Shown here in pieces: positions 1 through 9,643 of a stretch of 64,000 nucleotides of DNA (positions within the stretch are counted from its first letter, which is position 1; the number at the start of each line of letters is the position of its first letter). The notes beneath the pieces were generated by a model. That model was not told the DNA's origin, did not search any database, and worked only from the letters and a program-made list of their open reading frames with translations. The stretch is from an uncultured Rivularia sp. (GTDB lineage: Bacteria; Cyanobacteriota; Cyanobacteriia; Cyanobacteriales; Nostocaceae): assembly GCA_963665115.1 (NCBI GenBank), contig OY762007.1:7200001-7264000 (forward strand), written 5' to 3'. The translations under genes were made by a program, and so were the position numbers.

Positions 1-2
1 AT

Positions 3-536
3 ACACAAGCAGGAGATTGGATTGGTATATGTCCTCTTTTTGATATAAAACGAGGTGGTGAAGAAGAAATCGGTAGGATACAAGATAACGCATCTCATAA
101 AATCGAATACGAACCATTAATATCAGCTTTGAAAAACTTAGAGACTGTAAAAATTTTTAATTCGGCTTTGATAAATTCTGAGCCTCTAGGAATTTTTCAT
201 CAGGAACTTGATTGTACTGTAGAAGGTGTCGCTTGGGAGATTGCGGAAAATAGAAATAATTTACTCCATAATCTTTTAAAATATTCTAAAATGATGCATT
301 TTTATGATGATGGTGATTTTGGAGGAGAAGGTTTCTTTGGGGAAAATGATGAAGATATAAAAAAAGACTATCCTGAAGAATATAAGAGAATTCAGAGATT
401 ATCCAATATAATTAAAACTCGTTTCAAAGATATAAAAATTTATTGGATTGGTGATGGTGAGATTGATGTGTATATAGTCGGTAAAATTGAAACCGGGGAT
501 TGGATTGGTATTCGTAGTAGGTTGTCGCATACGTGA
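3..536 (+). CDS. Nuclease A inhibitor (NuiA)-like protein, 5'-partial, probably two-domain
   Basis: Frame is open from position 3 (TQAGDWIGICP...) into ORF 129..536. C-terminus EIDVYIVGKIETGDWIGIRS resembles the NuiA family. GDWIGI occurs twice. Confidence 0.6.
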   Translation, partial: TQAGDWIGICPLFDIKRGGEEEIGRIQDNASHKIEYEPLISALKNLETVKIFNSALINSEPLGIFHQELDCTVEGVAWEIAENRNNLLHNLLKYSKMMHFYDDGDFGGEGFFGENDEDIKKDYPEEYKRIQRLSNIIKTRFKDIKIYWIGDGEIDVYIVGKIETGDWIGIRSRLSHT

Positions 537-610
537 TTAAATTTGGTAGCTCGGATATAAATTTACCTGGCGGTTGAAACCGCCGGATATAATATTTCCA
601 ATGAAAAAAA

Positions 611-1271
611 TCAAACCGTATCTGGATCTATACCTAATTCTTCCAACTTCTTTCTCAACCTTTCGGCTTTTTCTTCACTTTCCTTAAGTGCTTGTGCTAA
701 TTCGCTTGGTGCGAGTAATTTTTCCCCCGTATCTTCTCGATAAAAAGCAATTAATTCCGATTCAATTTCCAATCTAAGTTGCAAAGGTTCGCTTCTATTG
801 TCAGTAATTTCTTCATAAACTTCTTTATCTAAGCGATAACCTTTTAATTTGTTTTCAATCCATTCCCCTTTAGGATCGAATAACCAATATTCTTTTACAC
901 CTAACTGTTCGTAAAGCGTTTTTTTGTAACCCGTATCTTTTTCCTTGGTTTCCTTCCGAGGTAATTTCAAATATCACCGCAGGTACTTGTTTCTCTTCCC
1001 AAATTTTATAATTATCCCTACCACCAGGAGCAACGTTAAAAATTACCATGACATCGGGTGCTACTCTGAGTCTGGGAAAACCTTGAGCGTAATATAAAAA
1101 TTGGTCAGCTAAAACTGTCGCTTGCTGTCCCTGCAAATACTGTTTTAAAATTTCTAAGGTTACAAGGATTGCATATAAATGAACGTAGGTTTCAGCCAAG
1201 GGTTCACCGTCTGAGCTAGGGTAGATGATTGCGATATCGGCTTGTTGGTTTGCTGATGCGAGAGATGTCAT
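611..1271 (-). CDS. Uma2 family endonuclease (split by +1 frameshift near 950)
   Basis: YPSSDGEPLAET, VAPDVMV and FEITS lie in one frame; YEQLGVKEYWLFDP lies in the other. Removing one A restores EITSEGTKEKD. Confidence 0.85.
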
Positions 1272-1642
1272 GGTTTCACCAGCGGATAGTAATTTAGTTT
1301 AATTTTAATATAGGAATTTAGTTCGATTTTTAATAATTGCTTTTCTACATCCTCTACCCCCCTCCCACTTATCGTTGGTGCGTGACGCTATCTTCGCATT
1401 AATAACCACGTTCAAATTTTTTCAAAGCGTCACTAGGCTGTTGACTTTGATGGTTTTTGGCGAATTTTCCAAAAATATAGACACAGAATCTGCATGAAGT
1501 CTTGCGGGCTAAAGGGTACAGAGTCAACACCCTAGTCACACACCCTACAAGAATAAAGGCTCTAATATTTGTAGCGCAAGCAAGAATACCCATTCTACAA
1601 AATTCTATTGATCGTTGATAATTGTTCATTGATAATTGATAA

Positions 1643-2938
1643 ATGTTTGATATCCTTATTCTTTCCAATGGCCCCGGTGAAATAACAACTTGGGTGCGTC
1701 CTGTTGTAAAATCGTTACGGGAAAAACTTGGTAATAACCGCGATAAAGTCAGAATTTCCGTTGTTTTATCTCCCTGTGCTAACGCTAGCGGTAAGGAAGC
1801 TGATATTGCTCTTTCTTATCCCGAAGTTGATAGAGTTCAATCTGCTCAAAATTTCTTTCCTTTTCTACTAACCGGGAAAACAGTTGATAATTGGGATTGG
1901 AGAAAAAAAGGTGTTGTATTATTCCTCGGTGGAGATCAATTTTTTCCCGTGGTAATTGGTAAAAGGTTGAATTACCGTACTGTTATCTACGCTGAATGGG
2001 AAGCTAGATGGCATTCTTTAATTAATAGATTCGGTGTCATGAAGCCCGAAGTTGCTGCCAATGTTAAACCTAAATACGCTGATAAATTTACCGTTGTTGG
2101 AGATTTGATGGCGGAAGCTGGGGTGGAAGAGAGAGGGGGAGAGGGGGAAGAGGGGGTAGAGGGGGAAGCACCAATTACCAATTACCAATTACCAATTACC
2201 CATTCCCATTTAATTGGAATTTTACCTGGTTCAAAAGCAGCTAAGTTAGCTCAGGGTGTCCCTTTGAGTTTGGCGATCGCTCAACATATCCACAACAAAT
2301 TTCCTCAAACTAAGTTCTTCATCCCTGTAGCTCCAACTCTTGATTTACAAACTTTGGCTAGTTTCGCTGATGCACAACAAAATCCGATGTCGCAATATTT
2401 TGAAAATACATCGGCAAAGTTAATAAATACAAATTCAGAAAAACCATATTTACAAACAGCAACAGGTTTAAAAGTCGAATTATCTTTAGAACACCCGGCT
2501 TACGATCTATTATCTAAATGCAGTCTTTGTTTAACTACCGTTGGTGCAAACACTGCCGAATTAGGTTCTTTAGCCGTACCAATGATTGTTTTACTCCCTA
2601 CTCAACAATTGGATGCAATGCGCTCTTGGGATGGTATTCCTGGATTACTCGCTAATTTACCTTTAGTCGGCACTAGTTTCGCTAAGTTGATAAATTGGTA
2701 TTTTATTAAACGTAAGGGTTTGTTAGCATGGCCGAATATATGGGCGCAGCAAGAAATTGTGCCGGAATTGGTAGGAAAATTACAACCCTCTGAAGTTGCT
2801 GATATTGCCATAGATTATTTACAAAATCCTCAAAAATTAGCCGATATTCGTGGTAAGTTGAAAAGTGCTAGAGGTCAAGCTGGTGCTGCCGATAAACTGA
2901 CTCAGTTGGTATGCGAAGAGTTAGAAAAACAAGTTTGA
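1643..2938 (+). CDS. Lipid-A-disaccharide synthase (LpxB)-related glycosyltransferase
   Basis: ILILSNGPGE N-terminus; VVGDLM, IGILPGSK and TTVGANTAEL motifs of cyanobacterial LpxB-like proteins. Confidence 0.75.
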   Translation: MFDILILSNGPGEITTWVRPVVKSLREKLGNNRDKVRISVVLSPCANASGKEADIALSYPEVDRVQSAQNFFPFLLTGKTVDNWDWRKKGVVLFLGGDQFFPVVIGKRLNYRTVIYAEWEARWHSLINRFGVMKPEVAANVKPKYADKFTVVGDLMAEAGVEERGGEGEEGVEGEAPITNYQLPITHSHLIGILPGSKAAKLAQGVPLSLAIAQHIHNKFPQTKFFIPVAPTLDLQTLASFADAQQNPMSQYFENTSAKLINTNSEKPYLQTATGLKVELSLEHPAYDLLSKCSLCLTTVGANTAELGSLAVPMIVLLPTQQLDAMRSWDGIPGLLANLPLVGTSFAKLINWYFIKRKGLLAWPNIWAQQEIVPELVGKLQPSEVADIAIDYLQNPQKLADIRGKLKSARGQAGAADKLTQLVCEELEKQV

Positions 2939-3007
2939 TTAATTCTAGATTTCTATTCTATTTACACAAACCTGCGACAAAAAACTTGAAATTATAAATA
3001 ATGCTAG

Positions 3008-3052
3008 ACAAGATATATTTCGATATTACGGTAATACCAAAATATATCTTGT
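3008..3052. terminator. 13-bp perfect inverted repeat between convergent genes
   Basis: acaagatatattt ... aaatatatcttgt; terminator role inferred from position. Confidence 0.4.
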
Positions 3053-3085
3053 TTAACCCATTCTAGTTAGATTTATGGTTCATTC

Positions 3086-3328
3086 TTAATTTTCATCTTT
3101 CTCAACTAGAATTTGATCGAGTCTGTCATTAGCATCTTTAGCAAGCTTCTGGAATTCCACAGCAGAAACTAAACCAGTAGCAGTAAGTACAGTTCCTTGT
3201 GGAACCTTGTTTGATAAAAGCATTCCCGCACCTGCTAAACTAATAAGAAAAGATAGGCTCGTTGCAAAAAATGCCATGTTAAAGCTATAACGCGCTTGAC
3301 GTAAACGTTCTTCGATAATGGGTGACAT
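3086..3328 (-). CDS. Cyanobacterial TRADD-N-associated 2TM protein
   Basis: ERLRQARYSFN...two hydrophobic helices...LAKDANDRLD pattern; divergent from a TRADD-N-like gene. Confidence 0.7.
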   Translation of the reverse strand: MSPIIEERLRQARYSFNMAFFATSLSFLISLAGAGMLLSNKVPQGTVLTATGLVSAVEFQKLAKDANDRLDQILVEKDEN

Positions 3329-3490
3329 ATTAAGTTGAAATACTTAACTACACTTCTAATATCACCTTCTGAAACTCCAATATTGACTACTCAATGATTG
3401 TGTTGTGAACAACTTGTGTTTCCTCTATGATTGTTTTATGACCAAGTTTTGATTGCGTAAGCGAAGCTGCTAAAACACCCTAGCTCAAAC

Positions 3491-6079
3491 ATGACACAAC
3501 ATAAGCAAAGTGCTAGAAAAAAGAAAATTACTTATAAAGCCTCCTTGCAGGGTGTAGAGAGAGCACAAGCAGCTTTGAAACGGCATGGATTTGAGTCAAA
3601 AAGTAATTTCGCAAAGTCTCAGTTAATATCCCGCTCTACGGTTACAAAGTTTTTTCTGCGTCAACCAATTCAGCTTGATTCTTTTAAAAGGATATGTGAA
3701 GGGTTGCAATTAAATTGGAAAGAAATTGCGGAGTTAGAAGATACTACGGAATTTCTAGAAGAAAAACAATTAGAACCGTTAAAAACAGTTGTTAAAAGTT
3801 CCTTAGCAATTAACCAAGAGGTTGAAGGAGAAATGACTCGCCGTCAAGTGACTGTGATAGATAAAGAAACGAAAACAGTTAAAGCAGTTATTACATTAGA
3901 AGGCGATATAAATTCAGTTATAAATTACAATATTCTCCAATCTATTTTACGAGGATATACGGGAAACACTATAAAAATCAATGATAAACAACCAGGTAGT
4001 ATTAAGTTAACTATAGAAGGTTCTCAAGAAGATATTGAAAAGCTTCGACAACTGATAGAATCTGAAGAATTAAATCAATTAGATGGTTTTCCCGTTAAAA
4101 AGATTCAAATTTTGGGTGAAAGTTCAGATGAAAGTCAAAATAATCAAGCAATTGATAAATGGAGTTTGGCAAGTCAGATAGTCTCCAAGCAAATTGAAAG
4201 CCTAGATTTGAGCGGCGTTGATTTGAGCGATACTTACTTAATTGGTGCTGACTTGAGTGGTTTGAACTTAAGTGGTGCTGATTTAAGTGGTGCTGACTTA
4301 AGCGATACAAATTTAATTAATTTAACTGAAGCTCTAGCTGCGGCTAGGGAGATTCAGAATGAGAGATTTCGCGCTAATATGCTAATTTCTTTAGCTGATA
4401 AACTGCCACCAGAATTATTAACTGAAGCTCTAGCTGCGGCTAAGAAGATTCAATATGAGGAATTTCGCGCTAAAGTGCTAATTTCTTTAGCTGATAAACT
4501 GCCGGAATTATTAACTCAAGCTCTGGCTGCGGCTAGGGGGATTCAAGATGAGTATAATCGCGCTAATGTGCTAATTTCTTTAGCTGATAAACTGCCACCA
4601 GGATTATTAATTCAAGCTCTGGCTGCGGCTAGGGAGATTCAAGATGAGTATAATCGCGCTAATGTGCTAATTTCTTTAGCTGATAAACTGCCACCAGGAT
4701 TATTAACTCAAGCTCTGGCTGCGGCTAGGGAGATTCAAGATGAGTATAATCGCGCTAAAGTGCTAATTTCTTTAGCTGATAAACTGCCGGAATTATTAAC
4801 TCAAGCTCTGGCTGCGGCTAGGGAGATTCAAAATGAGAGATTTCGCGCTAAAGTGCTAATTTCTTTAGCTGATAAACTGCCGGAATTATTAACTCAAGCT
4901 CTGGCTGCGGCTATGGGGATTCAAGATGAGTATAATCGCGCTAATGTGCTAATTTCTTTAGCTGATAAACTGCCACCAGAATTATTAACTCAAGCTCTGG
5001 CTGCGGCTAGGGAGATTCAAGATGAGTATAATCGCGCTAAAGTGCTAATTTCTTTAGCTGATAAACTGCCACCAGGATTATTAACTCAAGCTCTGGTTGC
5101 GGCTAGGGGGATTCAAGATGAGTATAATCGCGCTAAAGTGCTAATTTCTTTAGCTGATAAACTGCCACCAGAATTATTAACTCAAGCTCTGGCTGCGGCT
5201 AGGGGGATTCAATATGAGTATAATCGCGCTAAAGTGCTAATTTCTTTAGCTGATAAACTGCCACCAGAATTATTAACTCAAGCTCTGGCTGCGGCTAGGG
5301 AGATTCAAAATGAGCGCGCTAAAGTGCTAATTTCTTTAGCTGATAAACTGCCACCAGAATTATTAACTCAAACTCTGGCTGCGGCTAGGGAGATTCAAGA
5401 TGAGTGTAATCGCGCTAAAGTGCTAATTTCTTTAGCTGATAAACTGCCGGAATTATTAACTGAAGCTCTGGCTGCGGCTAGGGAGATTCAAGATGAGTAT
5501 AATCGCGTTAATGTGCTAATTTCTTTAGCTGATAAACTGCCGGAATTATTAACTGAAGCTCTGGCAGTGGCTAGGGAGACTCAAGATGAGAACTATTACG
5601 CTAATGTGTTGCAAACCTTAGTAAAGAAATTACTATCGCATGATGGTAGCTTGAATAAAGTCAGTCAAAGTTTTGCCAATTTAGAAGGTTCAACTTTGAT
5701 TAATGCTGACTTGAGCAAAGTTGATTTAAGACGCGGTAATTTGAGAAAAGCCAATTTTAATAAAGCTAATCTAGAAGGTGCTTTTCTAAATGATGCCGAT
5801 TTGAGTAAAGCAAAGCTGATTCAAACTAACCTGAGATACGCTTACTTAAGAGATGCCAAACTCGTTAGTGCTAAATTAACAGATGCCAATTTAGCAGATG
5901 CTAACCTTGCAGGAGCCAACTTAATTGATGCTGACTTAAGTGGTGCTAATGTAAAAAATGCGAAATTTGGACACAATCAAGGAATTTCAGATGAATTGAA
6001 GCGCGATCTTCAGCGGCGAGGGGCTATATTTGTTGACGAGCCTCCTAGAGAAGATTCAAGGGTTTTAGTTCCTGTATAG
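3491..6079 (+). CDS. HTH + TRADD-N-like domain + pentapeptide repeats interrupted by a helical repeat array
   Basis: N-terminal Xre-like HTH (FAKSQLISRSTVTKFF...FKRICEGLQLNW); segment AVITLEGD...PGSIKLTIEGSQEDIEKL; A(D/N)Lxx pentapeptides on both sides of 14 repeats. Confidence 0.75.
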   Translation: MTQHKQSARKKKITYKASLQGVERAQAALKRHGFESKSNFAKSQLISRSTVTKFFLRQPIQLDSFKRICEGLQLNWKEIAELEDTTEFLEEKQLEPLKTVVKSSLAINQEVEGEMTRRQVTVIDKETKTVKAVITLEGDINSVINYNILQSILRGYTGNTIKINDKQPGSIKLTIEGSQEDIEKLRQLIESEELNQLDGFPVKKIQILGESSDESQNNQAIDKWSLASQIVSKQIESLDLSGVDLSDTYLIGADLSGLNLSGADLSGADLSDTNLINLTEALAAAREIQNERFRANMLISLADKLPPELLTEALAAAKKIQYEEFRAKVLISLADKLPELLTQALAAARGIQDEYNRANVLISLADKLPPGLLIQALAAAREIQDEYNRANVLISLADKLPPGLLTQALAAAREIQDEYNRAKVLISLADKLPELLTQALAAAREIQNERFRAKVLISLADKLPELLTQALAAAMGIQDEYNRANVLISLADKLPPELLTQALAAAREIQDEYNRAKVLISLADKLPPGLLTQALVAARGIQDEYNRAKVLISLADKLPPELLTQALAAARGIQYEYNRAKVLISLADKLPPELLTQALAAAREIQNERAKVLISLADKLPPELLTQTLAAAREIQDECNRAKVLISLADKLPELLTEALAAAREIQDEYNRVNVLISLADKLPELLTEALAVARETQDENYYANVLQTLVKKLLSHDGSLNKVSQSFANLEGSTLINADLSKVDLRRGNLRKANFNKANLEGAFLNDADLSKAKLIQTNLRYAYLRDAKLVSAKLTDANLADANLAGANLIDADLSGANVKNAKFGHNQGISDELKRDLQRRGAIFVDEPPREDSRVLVPV
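4322..5630 (+). repeat. Coding tandem array, 13 full + 1 degenerate units, mostly 93-96 bp (31-32 aa)
   Basis: Unit LTQALAAAREIQDEYNRAKVLISLADKLP(P)EL; near-identical DNA units. Confidence 0.95.
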
Positions 6080-6128
6080 TAAAAGAAATCAAGTTCGCTC
6101 AATTACTTATAAATACAAAGTATATTTG

Positions 6129-6309
6129 TAAGTAAGTTTGCAGAAATAAAACCAACTATGTAACGAAAAGTAATTTGCTCGAAACGGCTGGGATTGCTAT
6201 CTCCCTCCGGGAGACGCTGCGCTAACGTCGTTCCTCCATTCCCTCAAAGGGAACACTCCGTGAACGCAATGACAAAGAACAGTTATGTTTAATTACGCTC
6301 ACTTACTTA
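6129..6309. mobile_element. MITE-like element with nested small repeats
   Basis: Terminal inverted repeats taagtaagt / acttactta; GC-rich internal hairpins; no ORF. Confidence 0.55.
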
Positions 6310-6391
6310 GTTAGGCTTTAGTAATAAACACAAAAATTGATAAAAAGTATTTTGATATTTCCGTAAAATAGTAAAAAAATATTATTACCTA

Positions 6392-7261
6392 TTACCCATT
6401 ACCTAAATCATTCCGAATAGCTTTGAGTAAATCTTGATGAACTGATTCGGAAGTTGCGATAATTAATCCTGGTAATTTATAATCCTCGCAAGTATTTAGT
6501 GCAGGTAAAGCAGAACCTTCCAAATTTGTCACCTTGCAACCTGCTTCTCTAGCAAGAAAAGCTAAAGCTGCACCATCAATAAACTGACCAAACCTTTTCA
6601 CAGCACCGCTTATATCGCCAGTTAAAATGCCGTTAAGATTGGGCATTTGAACTGAGCTAGAATAATCTTCGACTGCATTAATGATTTTGTATTTATCTTT
6701 TAATGAAGTTGTTAGCGAACTCATCGCCGTACCTAATAATATAGTAGGTTTATCTGTGGAATCTACTTTTAATAGAGTGCATTCGTCCAAATTCATTTCT
6801 AAAGTACCTTTAAAAGCACCTTTACCTCTCAAAGCGTAATAATACACATTTTCGCTGGGAGATATAGCAATTACGGCTTCATAATCATCTGTATTTAGAA
6901 TACTGAGAATAATTTGATAATTAGAATGTCCATCTATATAGAACTTTGTACCGTCGATTGGGTCAAGAGTGACTAAATAATCATCTTTTTCGCCAAAATC
7001 AACAGCACGAAAATATTTTGTATTGGGAGAGCTTTTATATTCTTCCCCATAAAAACGGATGTTTGGGAAATTACCTAATAAAGCAACTTCTACAAAATTT
7101 TGAATAGCTAAATCCGCTTCAGTTAAAGCCGCAGAAAAAAAGCTTTCTCCACCATCTTTGTCAGGAAGAGCAGCAATTTTCGGTTGTAGGAAACGAGCAT
7201 AACCTGCTGCTGCTTTTAAATGTGGAAGTAAAGTTTCTAAAATAATCCGAGGTGAGGGCAT
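6392..7261 (-). CDS. Inositol monophosphatase family protein
   Basis: TEAD, YGEE and LDPIDGT motifs. Confidence 0.9.
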   Translation of the reverse strand: MPSPRIILETLLPHLKAAAGYARFLQPKIAALPDKDGGESFFSAALTEADLAIQNFVEVALLGNFPNIRFYGEEYKSSPNTKYFRAVDFGEKDDYLVTLDPIDGTKFYIDGHSNYQIILSILNTDDYEAVIAISPSENVYYYALRGKGAFKGTLEMNLDECTLLKVDSTDKPTILLGTAMSSLTTSLKDKYKIINAVEDYSSSVQMPNLNGILTGDISGAVKRFGQFIDGAALAFLAREAGCKVTNLEGSALPALNTCEDYKLPGLIIATSESVHQDLLKAIRNDLGNG

Positions 7262-7319
7262 AAAAGGTAATAGGTTAAAGGTTAAAGGTCAAAGGTAAGA
7301 GATAAAAACTGATAACTGA

Positions 7320-7709
7320 TTACTGTTCGCTGTTTTCCCCATCTCGTCTTCCTAATTCATAAACTCCGCAACTCATACAGGCGAGAATTCCGGTACTGAT
7401 ACCCCAACTTCCCCCCAAACTGATTTCTATAATCCAATTGGACAAAGCACCAAATATTAAAAAAGGTATGATGCTGAAAACCGATGCATAGAAAGCGTTT
7501 TGCGATTCTCTTGCTTTGCGAGTTTTTTCAAATTCAGTCTGACTGGTATACATAAATCGCTCGGCAAAATTGAACCAGCGATTCAGCTGTTTTGTTACCC
7601 ATTCACTAAGCGGGGAAAAACCTAGATACAGTGCCAAAGACCATAAAGTCGCTCCAGCAATGGCTAATGTGTCTATATCGAACCTGAAAGGAAATATATC
7701 AGTTAACAT
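7320..7709 (-). CDS. Conserved cyanobacterial membrane protein
   Basis: 129-aa ORF with three hydrophobic segments and a GVYELGRRD tail. Confidence 0.7.
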   Translation of the reverse strand: MLTDIFPFRFDIDTLAIAGATLWSLALYLGFSPLSEWVTKQLNRWFNFAERFMYTSQTEFEKTRKARESQNAFYASVFSIIPFLIFGALSNWIIEISLGGSWGISTGILACMSCGVYELGRRDGENSEQ

Positions 7710-8428
7710 AGTTTGCGAAGATACGAGAAATTCTTAAATTCACTTGCAAGCTTTATATTATCGCTAACAATAATTCTTTTTAATGTTAGATTTTACAGCA
7801 TTTGCGGCGATTGGTAAAACTTCTCTTCAAGGCTTGCAGTAATTATTGCAGTATTTTAGCTAATTCTCGATCCAAATTATGCGGATGGGAAGATATTGTT
7901 TTGATTATCCGTCTGTTGACTATTCATATTTATAGAAAACTTGATTGCGGGGGAACTTTATTACTGGCAATTGATACTTATTTATAGGTCAGTTTGGATC
8001 GAGATTGTAGATGTTCGGCGATCGATCGTTTGACATAGGCAAAGATACATAAATCCTATTCATATCGTAACAAGGAACCAGAAAATATTTAAAGAGGTAT
8101 ATTCTCGTCAATAAAAGTATAAGCAATACCAGTAATAATCTAATTGTTTTTTTCGTCAATTTTTATTTTTTAAGTATTATCCCATATTATTTTTGTTTTT
8201 CTCAATGCTTTTTGATTAAGTTTTGAGCATTTTTACTGAAGCCAAATATATCTAAAAAGCTTTCAATAAAACATAAAATTACTTACTTGACATTACTATA
8301 TCTTCAAGTAGGATAATGCAAATAAAGGGATGCATATACAGAAAAGACAGATTAAAGCTAAATTTATCGTAGTTTTTAATTTGACCGTAATATAACTATT
8401 AACTAAGTAAAATTTTCAGGATAAAAAT

Positions 8429-9094
8429 ATGAATAAACGAATATTAAATTCAAAAGTTTTAGCATTTTTTCTTGTAGGTTTGACAGCTATATTAATTAGC
8501 TCAAATATGGTGAAAGCTGTAGAAAATAACCCTACACTCTTGGCTCGAAATAACATTTGGTCATCAGCTTCTTTCCCCGTCGAACGTTTTCAAGCTTACA
8601 CATCCCCTTTTGGATATCGTCGCTCTCCAAGAGGTGGACGTATGGAGTTTCACAACGGTTTAGATATTGCCGCACCTCAAGGTAGCTACATCCGCAACTG
8701 GTGGGGAGGTACGGTAATTAAAGTAGGCGATCGCGGTGCTTGCGGTACCCATATCATCGTTCAGTCTGGTGACTGGAAACACAGCTATTGCCATATGAAA
8801 GGACGGGTAGAAAAATCCAACGGTCAGCTTTATATGGTCGATCGCGCTGGCGGTATTCAAATCGCTAAAGGTCAGCGAATACCCGCAGGTTTCCGAATTG
8901 GACGTATCGGAATGACTGGGCGCACTACGGGACCTCATCTCCACTGGGTACTTAGATACGGGAAGAATTATGTTGACCCAGCAAAGGTTCTCCGAGCTAT
9001 GCATACCAAGCAGCAAGTTAGCAATACATCAAATATTAATAGTAATCAAAGGTATCAAATAAAACTTGAAGAATCAAAGCTGATTAATCAGTGA
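8429..9094 (+). CDS. M23 family metallopeptidase with signal peptide
   Basis: TSPFGYR, FHNGLDIAAP, YCHM and GRTTGPHLH motifs. Confidence 0.92.
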   Translation: MNKRILNSKVLAFFLVGLTAILISSNMVKAVENNPTLLARNNIWSSASFPVERFQAYTSPFGYRRSPRGGRMEFHNGLDIAAPQGSYIRNWWGGTVIKVGDRGACGTHIIVQSGDWKHSYCHMKGRVEKSNGQLYMVDRAGGIQIAKGQRIPAGFRIGRIGMTGRTTGPHLHWVLRYGKNYVDPAKVLRAMHTKQQVSNTSNINSNQRYQIKLEESKLINQ

Positions 9095-9199
9095 GCAGTT
9101 TGATATGTACTTGTTATGCGGCATTAAATAGTTGTAAAAGAGGGAACAGAGGAAGAAGATTGTATTAGTCCCAAATAAATCCTAAAAATGAATAATCGC

Positions 9200-9232
9200 A
9201 GAAACCCGGTTTTTTGGAAAAACCGGGTTTCT
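9200..9232. repeat. Palindromic repeat / terminator-like hairpin
   Basis: agaaacccggttttt..aaaaaccgggtttct; related copy near 52144-52168. Confidence 0.7.
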
Positions 9233-9263
9233 AATTACTATTACTCTGCCCCGTTTACCATAA

Positions 9264-9347
9264 ATTAGCAAAGCTCAAGCTAAGGCTTTAGGAGAATTTT
9301 TTCATGTAGATGCAGATTTATTTAAACCATTGGCAACAAACTATTAA
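9264..9347 (+). pseudogene. C-terminal remnant of a HigA-type antitoxin
   Basis: Translates as ISKAQAKALGEFFHVDADLF, similar to ITEIQTEALGKFFNVSPELF of ORF 58311..58709; no start codon. Confidence 0.6.
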
Positions 9348-9643
9348 GTTAACTTGATATAGATAAATTTTTTGTATATATATTAATTGATTCCGAATTA
9401 ATACTTGCTTAGGTGGGAGTTACTCTAAAGATGCGATACGATTCACCTCAAACCTAGAACCTGCAATATTCTGGAAGCTCTGCATCTCTACAAAATCAGG
9501 GACAAAATTCTTCTTGAAAGAAATTAAGTTTATAACAACCATAATTAGTCAATCTCTCTAAAGGAATATAGAAATAATTAAATAACTATGTGATTATACG
9601 TAAATGAAATATTTATACAGATAGATTTTTAAGGTTTTACTAG

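Noticed and set aside
1399..1668. Short antisense or shadow ORFs (e.g. 1399..1668, 7802..7987, 8660..9016, 34515..34970, 62181..62507)
   Set aside because: They overlap better-supported genes or repeats and lack recognisable motifs.
4322..5630. TALE-like DNA-binding repeats or CRISPR
   Set aside because: Coding helical repeats with no TALE consensus (LTPxQVVAIAS) and no unique spacers.
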